DNA of 64,000 bases from Spirogloea muscicola (taxonomy: Eukaryota): contig WELB01000022.1 of NCBI GenBank assembly GCA_009602725.1, forward strand, positions 18,288 to 82,287, written 5' to 3'. The notes below the pieces were generated by a model. The model was not told the origin of the DNA. It did not search any database and worked only from the letters and a program-made list of their open reading frames with translations. Shown here in pieces: positions 12,901-25,700 of this stretch (positions are counted from its first letter, which is position 1; the number at the start of each line of letters is the position of its first letter). Made by a program: the position numbers and the translations under genes.

Positions 12901-13300
12901 GCCTCCAAATGTACCTAATTCTATGAGCGCCGAGCAAAAATGTCCGCCAGTGGACTTGGACACAGAGTCAGCAGACCAAGCTACGAAAGAACATTCTAGA
13001 GAGTGCCAGGTCGAGGCCCTGGAAGCCCCAGCACAAATGCTGCAGGAAGTCCCGGAAGCAAGTGGAGATGGCAATGGCCTCTCCATGGCTGCTGAGGGGC
13101 GTCCATCGACTAGCAGGGATACAACTCATAGTGCAGGCAGTAGCACACAAACACAGGTCTACAAATTAGAAGAGGTGGACATTGAAGTCCTAAGAGAGCT
13201 GCCACAGGAGATTCAGCTTGAGTTGCGACTTGCTTTCAGTAGGAAGAAGCCTCGCACGACTCCATCATGCTCTATTTCGTCTTACTTTAAGCCACTTTAA
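9930..13300 (+). CDS. POLH: DNA polymerase eta (Y family); multi-exon
   Basis: MPVPR.. (gap N at 9946), then EQRRQPALRGRPTAVVQYNPWKGGALIAVGYEAR, GKADLARYRDAGSEV, CERASIDEVYVDLT, FTCSAGIAHNK|MLAKLASGMHKPAEQT and KQLGGKLG. C-terminus has a UBM-like EEVDIEVLRELPQEIQ and a PIP-like SISSYF. Confidence 0.95.
10314..10375 (+). repeat. Intronic CTG/CTGCA microsatellite
   Basis: ctgctgcactgctgcactgctgcactgctgcactgctgctgctcctgctgctcctgctgctg within a POLH intron. Confidence 0.8.
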
Positions 13301-13989
13301 GCCAAGATAAAATGTCCCATGCATGCGTTGCAATCTCATCATCCCATCTTGCTGAGTATCGAGTGAGTCTAGCTTTGCTTTGGGTTCATGGTTCTTCATG
13401 GTCTTAGTTAATGTCAGCGCACTTCAACATGATCACTTTGCACTGTGCACTGTGCAAGTGTCCCATTCAGGTACAAGCAAGTGCACATTGCAACATGCAA
13501 CAGCCTAGCTCCTGTTCACGTACTCCGTTTGTCAATATATGACGCCACCTGAAGGAGACATAGTCCTAGTGACTGTGCATCGTAGGTGCACCAAAAGTTC
13601 AACAAGACAAGCTAAGATGACAATTACTCAAAGTCCAAGAAAGATACGAGAGCAAGACCTTGAGTCAACCTTGAGGCCAAGAAATTGCTATCGGTCACAA
13701 TCAGCGACCAGGTTCTTGCATTACTGGATCCTTGACTGCGAGCTGCAATATAATTTTACCTGGCCTCGTCAAATACATTGTGCGATGTCCCTAGCAAGAT
13801 ACAGTGTCCTCCTCAAGTAGTATGGCCCTGGAACATTTGCTGTGAGGAACACTGGTGATTGAAAGAGATGTATCGTGAATAAATAGCTACACACATAGAG
13901 CAGGTAAGCAGAGCAGGTAAGCAGAGAGTAAGAGAGACTATGTACATCTTGCCCTGGGACAAGGCCACGCAGGTGGCTAACAGCAAAGG

Positions 13990-16252
13990 TTAGCCAGGCA
14001 CAAGCTCTGCCACTGAAGAAGCTTTGTCGAGGATGCATATTGCCTCTCCTACTGCCACTGCCGGCCCCCCTGAGAAGTTGCAAATGGCATTCATCCCGAA
14101 CAGTTTCTGTAGAAAAGGACAAGAAAAACTTCAGCTCGACTGGCAAGCAGGGGCAACAAGAAGCTAGGCTGATGCCATTCTGAGCTTGTCTTATTATGCA
14201 GACCAGGTGCACATGACAAGGCAAGGCTGCTCTTCTTCACAGTGTTCACGTTGAGAGGTCGAGGGCCAATTACAGACCTCATGCCACATATTCTTGGGCA
14301 ACTGCAAATGGCTCCCTTTCCGGAAAGCAGCGAGCGTCTGTAAATTACACGGTTGCAAAAACTTCATGGATGTGACAAATGCCCTACTACATGAATGCTG
14401 TTCGATGCGGTGCTTGCAAGGGCTGCACACATATCATGGTACTGTCGGGATGAGGCCAGTGGTAAGAGTATCAATGCTTGAGTGCTGAGCACTCCAATGC
14501 TCTATGTAGCTGACTGTGGCAGCATTGACTGTTAATGAGGCAATGCGGGCCTGACATAAGTCTACCTTGAGTGGTTCCTCTCCAACCTCACCGGTTGCCT
14601 GGTTGGTTGTTGTGACCTGTCAGAGAGAGATTGAGCCATGATTAAGTAGGAGGCTCTGGGGCCCTCCAGCTAACATACAATGCTACATGTTCTGTTCTTA
14701 TCAGCGCACTATACTAGCACCGCTTGCGCACCAGGCAGAAGCAGGCCTGTTTCTTCCATCACCTGGCATTGCGCGTACATGCTGCGCTGCGGGTGCCAAC
14801 CACACCAATTTCCCAACATGCATCTTGAGGTAGTCACGCACCTTGCAGCGCCCGCAGGGCTTCACTCCTCGAAAGACTCGTCCAGCAACTCCACCAATGG
14901 TGAAAGCTCTCCAAGTATCTTCCTCAAACGCTTCGCAACCTTCAATGAAGATGCTGTAGGCGTCTCACATATGAGCCTCATGATGGCAATCACAGAATGC
15001 CATCGGCAGAGCAGGGGTGTGAGGGAGGCAGAGTGCAATGGACAGGGTCAGATCTTGGGGCAAGGGAAGGTGGGACGTTGCGCCTGAGTTCCTTTCTCCT
15101 TTGTAAGGCTAGAATTGGCCTCCCTTTCAATTTCATGCGCACCGCGCGCCTTCTCTCTTTCTGCACGCACTACCCTGGTGAAGGCTCCGCTTGACTACGG
15201 TCCACACATCGACACTTATCTGGACCAGTAGGGAACTCGCACTAACAAGTAGGTTTGGGAGGCAGTACTTGGGTCTGAAGCGATTGATAGGCAACGCCAC
15301 TTCCATGTGCTGGTTCAGAGCGTCCAGAGATGCCTGCAGTCAGCCATTACGCGAGACAATGAGTCAAGAGGGCTGGTAACTAGCAGTACAGTCGCGTTCG
15401 CAAAGGCCGCCTGCGACCTTGCCCAGGTAAGTGCTGCCAGCCTCATCTTTCGCCCGAGGCATTGCCTGACAGAGAAGCCATGTGTCACAGCTGGTGGCAG
15501 GAAAGCCTCGACCTGGGAGATGACGAGGAACGGGAAGCCATCCGAGAAGCAGGTTTCGGATCCTTCTGCGTAGTCGGGGTCTGTCGGCCGCAGCTCACCT
15601 GCATTCCAGCATGCGCGAGCGTGGAGGCAGCTCAGGAGCTCGCTGATGGCTGCATGTCCAGCCGCCGAGGCACGTGGCGCAGCACAGTGCGCTTGTGAGA
15701 TGGTTCACCTGGCGCGAAGCGCACGAGGCGGCTGGGCTTGCCCAGGTACGTGGAGAACCAGGCAGCAGCGTCGTCGCCCTCGTCCAGGGCGTGGCCGGAC
15801 CACTCCCACACCGAGGCCGGCACTCGGGGCCTCTCGTAGGGCGGGGCCAGCAGGACGTGCAGCGGCTCCATGCCCGGCGCCGTGAGGGCTGCCACCAGCC
15901 CCGCCAGCGACGGCTCGACGTCAGGGGCAGCCGAGTGGCAGGTGGGGGAGCGTAGCCGCAGGAGGCGGAGGCGCTGGCGGGCAATGCGGGCCAGGGGGCG
16001 TGGGGCCTCACAGAGGGCGGCGGTGGCGTCGAGGGGCGCCCAGGCGTCGTCGAGCGCGGGCTGCGGGAGAGCGGGGCGCACGAGGGCGAGGGCGGGGTCG
16101 GCGCGCTGCGTGCGCATGCGCCCGCGCTCGTTGACGACCATCCACTGGCGGTCCCAGGCGAAGCCGGAGGCGGCCAGGTGCGCGCGCGGCAGCGACAGCC
16201 CGCGGCACGCCTTGACGGGGTACACGAACAGCGACGCCACGGACGGCGCCAT
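13990..16252 (-). CDS. MOSC-domain protein (mARC / molybdenum cofactor sulfurase C-terminal-like); multi-exon
   Basis: MAPSVASLFVYPVKACRGLSL..DRQWMVVNERGRMRTQR, VWEWSGHALDEGDDAAAWFSTYLGKP, FSDGFPFLVISQ, INRFRPKYCL, CAPF..DLW, VTTTNQATGEVGEEP. Last exon KLFGMNAIC..VPG*. Confidence 0.9.
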
Positions 16253-16289
16253 GGCGGGCCGGGCTCCGGGGTGGCGGGGCCGCCGCAAT

Positions 16290-16565
16290 CAGGGAGAAAG
16301 AAGAAGAAGGGCTCGCCCATTGAGAATATGGGCTGGAACAGCCAGCCCAAAAAAGAATGAACAGAGTTCAAGAAGAGGGGGGGGGAAGCCAGGCGAAGCC
16401 CTAAGGCGAAGCAGCAGAAGTGACAAGCACACAAGAAAAAACAAAGCAGCTACTAACCACTCAGTGACCCCTGCTACGCAGGCGCAGGTCGGAGAGGCTA
16501 TGCTCCTGGAAGTATGTCCCCGCGCCAGGGCCCCTATCCTCAATGGGCGAGCCCTTTCCTCTCGC
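16290..16565 (-). mobile_element. Family A retroelement 3' fragment immediately upstream of the MOSC ATG
   Basis: Same UTR and hairpin, GGGCTGGCTGTTCCAGCCCATATTCTCAATGGGCGAGCCCTTCTTCTTC. An extra inverted piece lies at 16530-16560. Confidence 0.8.
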
Positions 16566-16599
16566 GGGCTGCAGCTCTGTGAGCCAAGGACGCTTCCAT

Positions 16600-17135
16600 G
16601 AGAAAATGCGTGTATATTAAGAGATGGGGAGGCCATGTGTGGCCAAGTACAAAGGCAAGCACATTGGACAAATGTACGTCACCTGCTGCTAAGCTGACCC
16701 GCTCAGTAACCACGAGTCAGCACATAGAGGTCGCTAGCTGACGCTCGAATACCGGACGGCAATTGACTAGCTCTTGTGCCAGCAGCTAAGGCTCGACCAG
16801 CTTTCTGATGCAGAGCATACGCCTGAGCTCGTTGCAGACAGGTTGACACTCGACGTCGCAGAAATGACAGATAGGCTGCCGGCATACCCATCTGGGCTGG
16901 GAGCATATCCTCGCGTCGTGCATATCCCAGACTCGCTATGTTCTCGAGTAGGGTATGGAAGCGAGGACCCAAGCAGCCGAAAGTGTCGATTGCGGCCGGG
17001 AGGAGGTGGTCACTGCGGGGGTAGTCTGAGTAATGTCGGAGCTTTTTCTGCTCAGCACCTCCCACTGCGTGGCCAGCAATGTGTGTGGAAGCGGAACTCT
17101 TGTATGCCTCAGTCACCACCACATCAACCAAAGCT
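16600..17135 (-). mobile_element. 5'-truncated non-LTR retrotransposon, family B: open RLE C-terminal ORF plus 3' UTR
   Basis: ORF 16703-17131: VDVVVT..AEQKKLRHY..AIDTFGCLGPRFHTLL..RRRVSTCLQRAQAYALHQKAGRAL..SDLYVLTRGY*. The D-V..E..K..Y / G..G / R.S..LQR.QA pattern is typical of the restriction-like endonuclease end of CRE-type elements. UTR ends ..AATATACACG. Confidence 0.8.
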
Positions 17136-17190
17136 CGTGGGCCTCCGCCAGGTTAGAGGGCGGTGGCTGTGATTGGCCAGCCCGGAAAAA

Positions 17191-17774
17191 GAGAAAGCGG
17201 CTGCTGATATGAAAGAATCGGCTGTGAAATGCCAGCCAGATGCATACAGGTGTTCATGACGGAGCCGAAGGCTAGGCAGACAGGGCGCCATCAATACCCC
17301 CGTGTCAGCAGTAGGAAGTCAGATGAGCTGAGGGGAGGAAGAGCAACCCCGCTGCGCAAGCCAGAGGCTGCTGCAAGGGCATGGAGAAGAGAGAATGAGC
17401 AAGGTGAACAGGGGACTGCTCGAGTCGCTGTGTGCTGTGGATTTCACTTGTTTCATGCCTTGTCCCGCCCGTTCTCTGGGCTGGTGGCTCGGTGCCTTTG
17501 GGTCTCGTGTCCTGCTACCGTATGCGATTGTCTATGTCCCTGCAGCGCTCCCAAGCGCTTGCTTTGCACCGCCGCGCTGGTCGCGCCCTTGCAGCAGCCT
17601 CTGGCTTGCGCAGCGGGGTTGCTCTTCCTCCCCTCAGCTCATCTGACTTCCTACTGCTGACACGGGGGTATTGATGGCGCCCTGTCTGCCTAGCCTTTGG
17701 CTCCGTCATGAACACCTGTATGCATCTGGCTGGCATTTCACAGCCGATTCTTTCATATCAGCAGCCGCTTTCTC
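17191..17774. repeat. 190-bp near-perfect inverted repeat formed by two family C retroelement 3' ends
   Basis: 17191-17380 is the reverse complement of 17585-17774 (1 mismatch seen). Both encode ..ALAAASGLRSG..SDFLLLTRGY*. Confidence 0.95.
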
Positions 17775-17939
17775 CATGGGCGAGCTCTTCCAGCTTTTCC
17801 AGCCCCTATCCTCAATGGGCGAGCGCTTTCTCTTTAGCTCTACTCTCTCTGGGCTGGCCATTCACAGCCCCCGCCCCACCTTCGGCAAAGCTCACTCCTT
17901 CCTGTTGAAGCGCTGTTGTTCCTGCTTAGAAGCCGCATG

Positions 17940-18700
17940 TGAGAAAGTAGTCTCCAAGTAACGAGTCTCCTGCCGCCCTCTTCTGGAAGATACCGCGGAT
18001 CCTGTCCATGGCCAGAGGCTGCAGCCAAAGTGCGAGCGGCACGCAGATGCAACGCGTGTGCCATAGACAGCTGCAGCGATGCTGACGCGCATGCGATACA
18101 CCTGGGCGAGGAAGCCTGCCGCGCTGACAGAGGCCTGCTTCCCTTGACGACGGGACACAGCGCTGCAAGCTAGCCGGTGCAAGAGCTCAAGCCACAGAGC
18201 GCCGAATGCCCCGTGGACGTTGATGGCAAAGAACTGGAGTGATGGAGGGCCTGAGTGGCCAAGTACAGAGGCAAGCAATTGACATGACAGATGTACATCA
18301 CCTGCTGCTAAGCTGACCAACTCAATCAGCACGAGCAGCACGTAGAGGTCGCAAATTGATGCCCGAATACCAGACGGCAACTGACAAGCCCTTGTGCCAC
18401 CAGCTGAAGCTCGAACAGCTTCCTGGTGTAACGCATGAGCCTGAATGCGCTGCAAACAGGCTGACAAACAACGTCGCAAAAACCACAAATAGGCTGCTGG
18501 CATGCCCATCTCGGCTGGAAGCATATTCTCACGACGTGCATATCCTAGACTTGAGATGTTCTCAAGTAGGATATGAACCTCGTGGACCCATGCAGCCGAA
18601 GATGTCAATTGCGGCTGGTGGGAGGTGAGCGCTACGGGGGTAGTCACGTTAGAGCTGCAGCTTTCTCTGAACTGCACTTCCCACTACGTGTCCAGCAATG
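17940..18700 (-). mobile_element. Two further decayed RLE-retroelement C-terminal copies (family A/C-like and family B)
   Basis: FFAINVHGAFGALWLELLHRLA..QVYRMRVSIA (17940-18240) and LLENISSLGYARRENMLPAEMGMPAAYL..LPSGIRASICDLYVL (18320-18690). Confidence 0.8.
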
Positions 18701-19769
18701 TGGGTCAATGTGGGTCGAGCAAGGGGGATGAACTCGTCCTCCGGCGGATGATTAGCATATTGATGACCATCTGCCTCAGCCGTGTGGGCCGTGGGCCTGC
18801 TCCCTGTGAGAAGTGGCCCCTCGTATTGGGCCCATATCTGGATCTGAGGCGACCTTGCTGCTGCTCCAGTGCGTCCTAGCTATGTCTGTCTGTGTGACTG
18901 AGTGTCTGATCTTTGTGTGCCTCCATGAGCGGATCTACGTCTGGACTGTTTGTGAGACGAGGGCGGTCTGCTGGTCCTCCGGAGAAGGGCAAACGTCAGT
19001 TGAGGACTCTGAGTGGAGGTGACGAGAAGCCGAGGCTGCTGAAAGAGATTGACGGGAGCAACATCAGAAGCAGCCAGATCTGCAAGCTTCAATGATCATC
19101 AGATGATTGACAACGTTACACAGGGGGAACAGAAGTGCCAAGGGACAAGAGGCTTGGCGAACACTTGAAGACAGGGGCTGGCCACCTCGACAGGCTGGAT
19201 ATGGAAGGTGGCCAGCTTTCTTTGAGTTGATGCATCGCACATCAAGATCACTGCACATGATAAAGTGGTCAGAGTCTCGCAGTAGGCTGAGCATATCCTA
19301 CTAGTCTTACCTCAACCTACTTCGCTTGGAATTGGTGTGACTGCCATCTCGCTTCAGATGTCATGCACACCCCCATCATTGGTCACAGATGCTCCCCAGA
19401 TTGCTACCCATCAACCCCTCTACTCCACATACCTCGCCATGGATTCTTCAGCTGCAGCAAAGGACTGCTGCAGCCAGAGCTAGTGCTCCTCTTTGCACGC
19501 ACTGTAACCTGCCGGCCTCTCACCGGTTCCACCTTGATCGGCTTTACTCTCCTTAAAGAGATTCTCTTGTACAACGAGCAGGCCGATCACTTGGCAATCT
19601 GGATCTTTGCATGCACAATTGAAGATACTCTATACAAATAGGAAGCCAATCTGCATTCCGGCACTCGCCACTAAACCAATAAAGAATGATACAAAATTGT
19701 TCTATACACGTGAGCAACTGCTCAAGGGAGGGGCCAAAGGCAGCATGCGCATGAGATTGACAGACGATG

Positions 19770-22700
19770 CTATCGTTTGCGACCTGCAAGGATGCGAGAG
19801 ATCTGGAGGCCTCGGCTGAAGGCCTGGTTGAAAAGGAGCCGTGTCTGGAACTCAGACACAAAGGGGAACCAGGCTAGCACCGCAATCGGTGCAAAGATAA
19901 CGATACCCATGAGCCACTCAAATGCCCTGGCCAGTGTACGGATGCTCTCCCACAGGCCCGCTTGCTCAACGACCGGCCTAAAAGCCTGTGCAATCTGCAC
20001 GCAAGACCTCCAACTTATGCAACTTGTAAGCATAATACAAGGGACAGATCACTAAGTAGGGCCCGTCAACTCAGCTCTTGCAGGTTGCTTACAGGTAATC
20101 AGCTTACCAGTAGGATTGCCCAGGCGGTGGGCAGAAAGGCTAGGAGGCAGGCAAAGAGATCGCCGACGGTAAGCCGTGTAGTTGCCAGAAGGACGCCCAG
20201 CGTTAACAGAACAACAAGCAACACAACAGCCTTAACCAGTCGGAATATGAGCTGAAAGTCTGCACTGAATCTTTTGCGCCCCAGTGACACAATCTTCAGG
20301 CACAGCAGCACTGCGAAAACGACCACCCAAGACAGCGCATATACCTGCAAGACAGAGAGTGGCAAGTCAGTTATCCAGTCTACTTAGTACTCTTCCAGCC
20401 ACCTGAGCTGCTGTGTGCCTTACAAACGGAACAATCAAGGGTTTCACTTGCATGCTATTCAGATATCTGCTCAATAAAATCTTGGACAATTACTCACCCC
20501 TATGGACTTGTTCTGGTCAGAAATGTCGAGCGCATACACAATCCCATACTGAAAAAGGAGGAATCGAAGTGCCAGCACAGCCTCCGTGACTCGTCCAATC
20601 AAGCCAGTTGTCTGCAGGTGTTCTTGCTCCTCGTCCCACCATGTTTCCCAACTCTGAATCAATGCAGTGCATGTTATGTAGCATCAGCAATCAGGAAACT
20701 CTCGTTAACTAACTCAATGCCAGGATGCTGATCTAGTGGGCACCTTGTCAGCCTTGATGCCGATGCCTCCATGACTTGCAAGCCATTTGATCCAATCCTC
20801 CCAGTCCTCCACAACCTTTTGCCACTCAAAGCCCGAGGGATTGAAAAAGAAGGGTGCAAAAAGCCAGCTGCAAAAGAGTGTTCTGCTGATTAAGGTTTTG
20901 TTTGTGATCTCCTTATTGTGTGGGCATAGTCATTGGCAACAGCACTGGAGGGTCAGAGCTAAAGTGGAGGGAAGTCATATGCAGGTCACGTGCAAGTCAG
21001 TGTCAATGTTTACCTGACCACAAGGAACCACATGGAGAAGGTGAGAAACAAGAATGCTGCACCCTTGCGCATTTCTGCGGCACCATATGTGCCGTACAAG
21101 ATCAAGAGAATCAAGATCTCAAAAGCCTTGATAAAGTGTGAGCGTGAATATAGGCGGTAATTCTCAGCAAACTTTTCATGTACCACAACAAAGCCGCGAC
21201 CAGTGGCACGATACTTGGCTCCTCCATGAAGAATTGCGCGCCCGAAGTAGTGAGCCTGTGGTCACAGCAGGATGCATCACAACCACCTCCATGCCAAGTG
21301 GATGGCAGTGCCATTCAATTGATAGCACAGCAAGGCTGGACATTTCCTCGTACTGGATGTAGGAATTGATTACCTTGGTACCGAGGGAAAATGTGAAAAA
21401 GACCGAAGCTAGCTGTAGTTGCATGATGATGAAGTCAAGCACAGCTGTCCTGAAACCCCTCTCCAAGCCAATTTCCATGACCATTGGCAGAGCCATCAGC
21501 AAGCCCAGCTGCACAAGGCTCTGCGCTGCTAGGGCTCCCTGCAGTCCATTGTTACCACTAATTGCGGCATTGTTGAGCAGGCTCTGCTCCACGCCACTCA
21601 ACGCCATGTAAACTCGTCCATAGAGGAATGCATAAACAGTCAGGACGACAATCTGCCAGCCAGGTCCCACACACAGCGACAATCAGCAGCCTGCCTCTAA
21701 CAAAACGTTATGCAAAGAGGAGGCGCCTGCTGCAACGACATGATTTTCTGAACAAGTGTGGTGTTCTGCATGCACTGACCAATGTGGAGACGTAGAAGCC
21801 AACAGTGGTGAAGTAGGCAGAAAGCATGCGGAAGAAGTCAAAGCGATGTCCCAGCCGATGGACATCTCTGGATAGAGTTTGCTCGCCATTCCCATTGGCA
21901 ACCTTGGCCTCAAATAAAGATATCTGATTCAGGCCAACATCACGGCCCTTCCCCACCTGGATGTACTCATGATGAGTCACATTTCCCTGTCGCAAGGTTG
22001 TGTTAAAGCCTGTGCAAAGCAACATTGTCAAAGTTAAGAAACTTATGTCCAAATGCAGGAATGGCCAGACTTTTGCTCGAGCACAGTAGCATGAAGCTTA
22101 CAGATGAAGCAGCTGTTGCACTGTACCGGCAAAGATGTCCTCTGAGAGATTGATGACACGAGAGGCCTTGCTCATGCCACCACGAGTGATGTGAAAGAGC
22201 CGGTCAAAGACGTCTGGATGACCATAATGGAAGCGTACTCTACAGCAGCAGTGAAAGGCACAAAGTCAGGCCTATGGCAGATGGCTGCCCCGCTACTGGT
22301 CTACATAAAAGAGTCAACCTAGATAGCACTTGGGGTAGCTGTCATACTTGAGAGGCCAAGCAAGGACCCGCTGCCCGATTGTCACAAAACTCGTCTCCTG
22401 GTTTGACATGAACCACGCCAACGACGACACACTGCATCCACTCCAGATATTGCACATCAGCTGACAGCTCGTCGATAACTAGAGTAGACCATTACAGCAC
22501 CCACTCAATTAGGAAAGGAGATAAGCTCACAAGCATCGCATAGGTCAGTGAGAAGTCTGTGCACAACCTGCCAGTAAAGATGTGCTCTCGCACACCCAGA
22601 ATGCTTGGAGGCCGTACGCCATGGTCTTCCTTGAACTCGGCCAACAAGTTACGCATCTTGAATGCTTCCTCCAGATAATTGTCCTGTGACACCACCCAAA

Positions 22701-25700
22701 GGAACCAGCCTCAGTTGAAGCCGGTGCAAAGTAGGACTCAGCCAAGGAAGTGCTCTTTGCTGTCCAGGCGCACCTGATTCATGTCGATGGTCTGTAAAGC
22801 ATCGCCACGGGTGAAGATAACGGCGTGGTTTTGATTTTCCGGTTTGCCCTCCCCGAGCTTAGCAGGGCCAGGAAGCCGAATTCGATAGATTGGCTGCTCT
22901 AGACCGTTGGAGGCTTTGACCAGCACGGAATAGTAGGTCTTACAAACTTTCCCCTTCTCCTCCAACTCCACTTCGTCCATGTACGCAACTCTTAGCAGTG
23001 GGTGGCTGGAGACACGGGGGCAATGAAGCTATCAATTCATTGCTAAGATCGTCACTGGGCCTAGCCTAAGCCACATGCCCTCTTTAGATAACGGCATGCA
23101 GGCGCGACGTAAGTGTTGCAACAAGTCCACTTCGATTCGCAGGTCTGATATCAAAAGAAAGGAATGATCAGCCTAGTCTGTCAAGGACTTGTATCCAGTT
23201 CAGAAGCTTCTTCAATATCCATCGAAAGTGGTCATCGTTCAATCTCAAAGTCACGGACGCCCAAGCCCTTTGCAAGAGTTTAGCAATATACTCACGTATT
23301 CATGAGATCAAAAATGTCCGTTGCTTGTGACAGTTTTGATCGCTTTTGGGCGCCATAGATCTGGCATGTAGCTACATACGTGAACTTGATCGCAGCCATG
23401 GCTTGCAACTGTGCCCAGGTGCTCTTGTGTGGCTCCCCAGCCTTACCTTGTCCAGCTTCTCCCTTCATTTTCTTGTAGCCTTCAGCAAATTCTGCAAGCA
23501 CGCATGATGCACGTAGCTTGGAGAGATTGGCCATGATACTCATGCAGCCTTGACTTTTTCCCAATTACACACGACACCAAATACTAAACGAGCTGAGAGA
23601 AGGACTACTCCACGCATTGCCTCTTGTAGACTCACGTTCATCAGATGATATGTCAAGGAAGGCTTGCAGCTCCAGTGCCCGATGGTAGTACATCATTCCC
23701 CGCACTGCAGGACAGGTAACGAGAGCATGAAGCTATCATGATGAAGAGTTGGTTAGGAATTGGTCGTGCAACGTGGCAAGGATATGCTGTGCCTGGGCAG
23801 CACACCTGTTCGAGAGAGGGTTTGACCCCGGTATGAAGCCCAAAGGCGCAGCTCTTTCTCTCCATCCTCGCGCTCATAGAGTTGCTGTTCCCAGTTCAAT
23901 GCAGTGCAACCCATGCGCTCCAAGAAGTTGCTCCATTCATCTGCAGCAGGCAGGACCATGAGTCACCCACTTTGCATTTAAGCGGGAGCTAGACTCGAAT
24001 ACAACAGCAAACAAGGGGGCTTGTCAACAGACAACACATGCTGAGGAACACAGAAGGGAATTGCCATACCTGGGTATATTTTCTGTAGGTAATACAAGAT
24101 GGATATGCCATCCTCGTTCTCTTCATTCAGCTGGTGGCGACTGTACATAACATCCTCGGAGTAATATGGAGTCAACACTGAGAAGGCTAGCATCTGTCTG
24201 ACCCGGGGAGCCCTAGGCATGTCCATGAATAACGAATTTGTGAAGAATGCTATCCGTCGACGCGCCTCCAAATTCGATGGCACATCCATCGCACTCTCTT
24301 TGACGGTCAAAAGCAGGTGAAACCGCTTCATCTGCACGCAACGCTCTAGAACTTAGTCAGCAACAGATGCTGTACAGAATGAATGATTTACAGGTCCCCT
24401 CTGCTATGCCTCTCCTGTTTACAACAAGAAAGAGTAGTTGGACAGCGTAAGAAGCTGTGTTCATCTGCATCACTTTGCACGACTGCCAAGTCAAGGGAGC
24501 AGCACCTGCTCAGCCCATGCCTCAGTGGCAGGAGGAGGAAACAACACTGCTGGGCGGGGCTGCATTGTGGCAAAGAGATTGACCGTTCGCCTCTTGGCGA
24601 GAGGACCATTTCCTGCCTCCAGTGCCTCCCTGTAGGAAGAATGGACGATTGCAAGTGGTAAGAGGAGCTTGTCATGTGCCTGTCATCACATTTCAAGACT
24701 GGTATGGCTAGCTAGATCAGTGGATTGTCTCGCCATGTCCACTGTTTGCAGCAGGAGAGTGCACCACAGCACCTTGTGCTGGTAGTCATCATATCACGGG
24801 TGACAGTATCAAACATGTCCTGCAGAAGCCTGACAACCATTCCGCGCTTTGATGGATCAGCTTGCATCTGCCACCGCACCAAACAAGCAAGTTGCCATCA
24901 GAGGGGCAATGATCTGCTACTACCTGCTGTGAGGGCAGGTCAAAAGGAGCGCGAGAAGTGGACAGAAGCCACATCTTACCAGGAGCGTCACCAGTTCAAC
25001 GGTCTGCTTCAGGAAATTCGGCAGGTGCTCAAGGTTGAACGTGGTCACCAACGAGCCATTGCTGATGCACTTCCTCACTTCACGCAGCAGGGCATCCATT
25101 ACCACACGATCGTTCTCTCCTCTCACGATTGTGTACAGCATCTGCTCAAACAGCTTGTTCCCCTCTTCCACGGCCTTGTTCATGTAGCGTATGGCCCTCA
25201 TCCTACGCAACAACTCCGCATCCGAGGTTGCCTTGCTAGCCATCTGCACAGCAATCGGGATCTGCTCCACACAGACGAGAAACATTCAACACCTGATCTG
25301 ACCGGCAAGAGTGCAGCCACTCTGGGGCTCGCAAAGCATCTCAAGGAAATGCCAGTAGGCCAGAAAGCTCACACAGTGCTGCCTCACCTTGCTTGCAAGT
25401 AAGAAGGGTGGCCATTGCACAATATCCAGCTGGTTGGACGAGTAGGGCACGAGCATAAGGTCCAACTCACTGTGGATGCCAGCGTGCATGGATACATAAG
25501 CCAGGCTGTCAAGCTGACCAGGATGGACTAACAACTGCTGCCCACTGCTGCTTCAAAGGCCACCGCAGAAGCACAAGGAAGTGACACCTACCGCTGATTG
25601 ATAAGATCCTCTTCTCGGAAGCTGGTGATGACCTCGTTCCAGAGCTGTGCAAACCTTGCTGCCTCTTTTGTTTCCTTGTTGGGCTGTTGCATAGTACATG

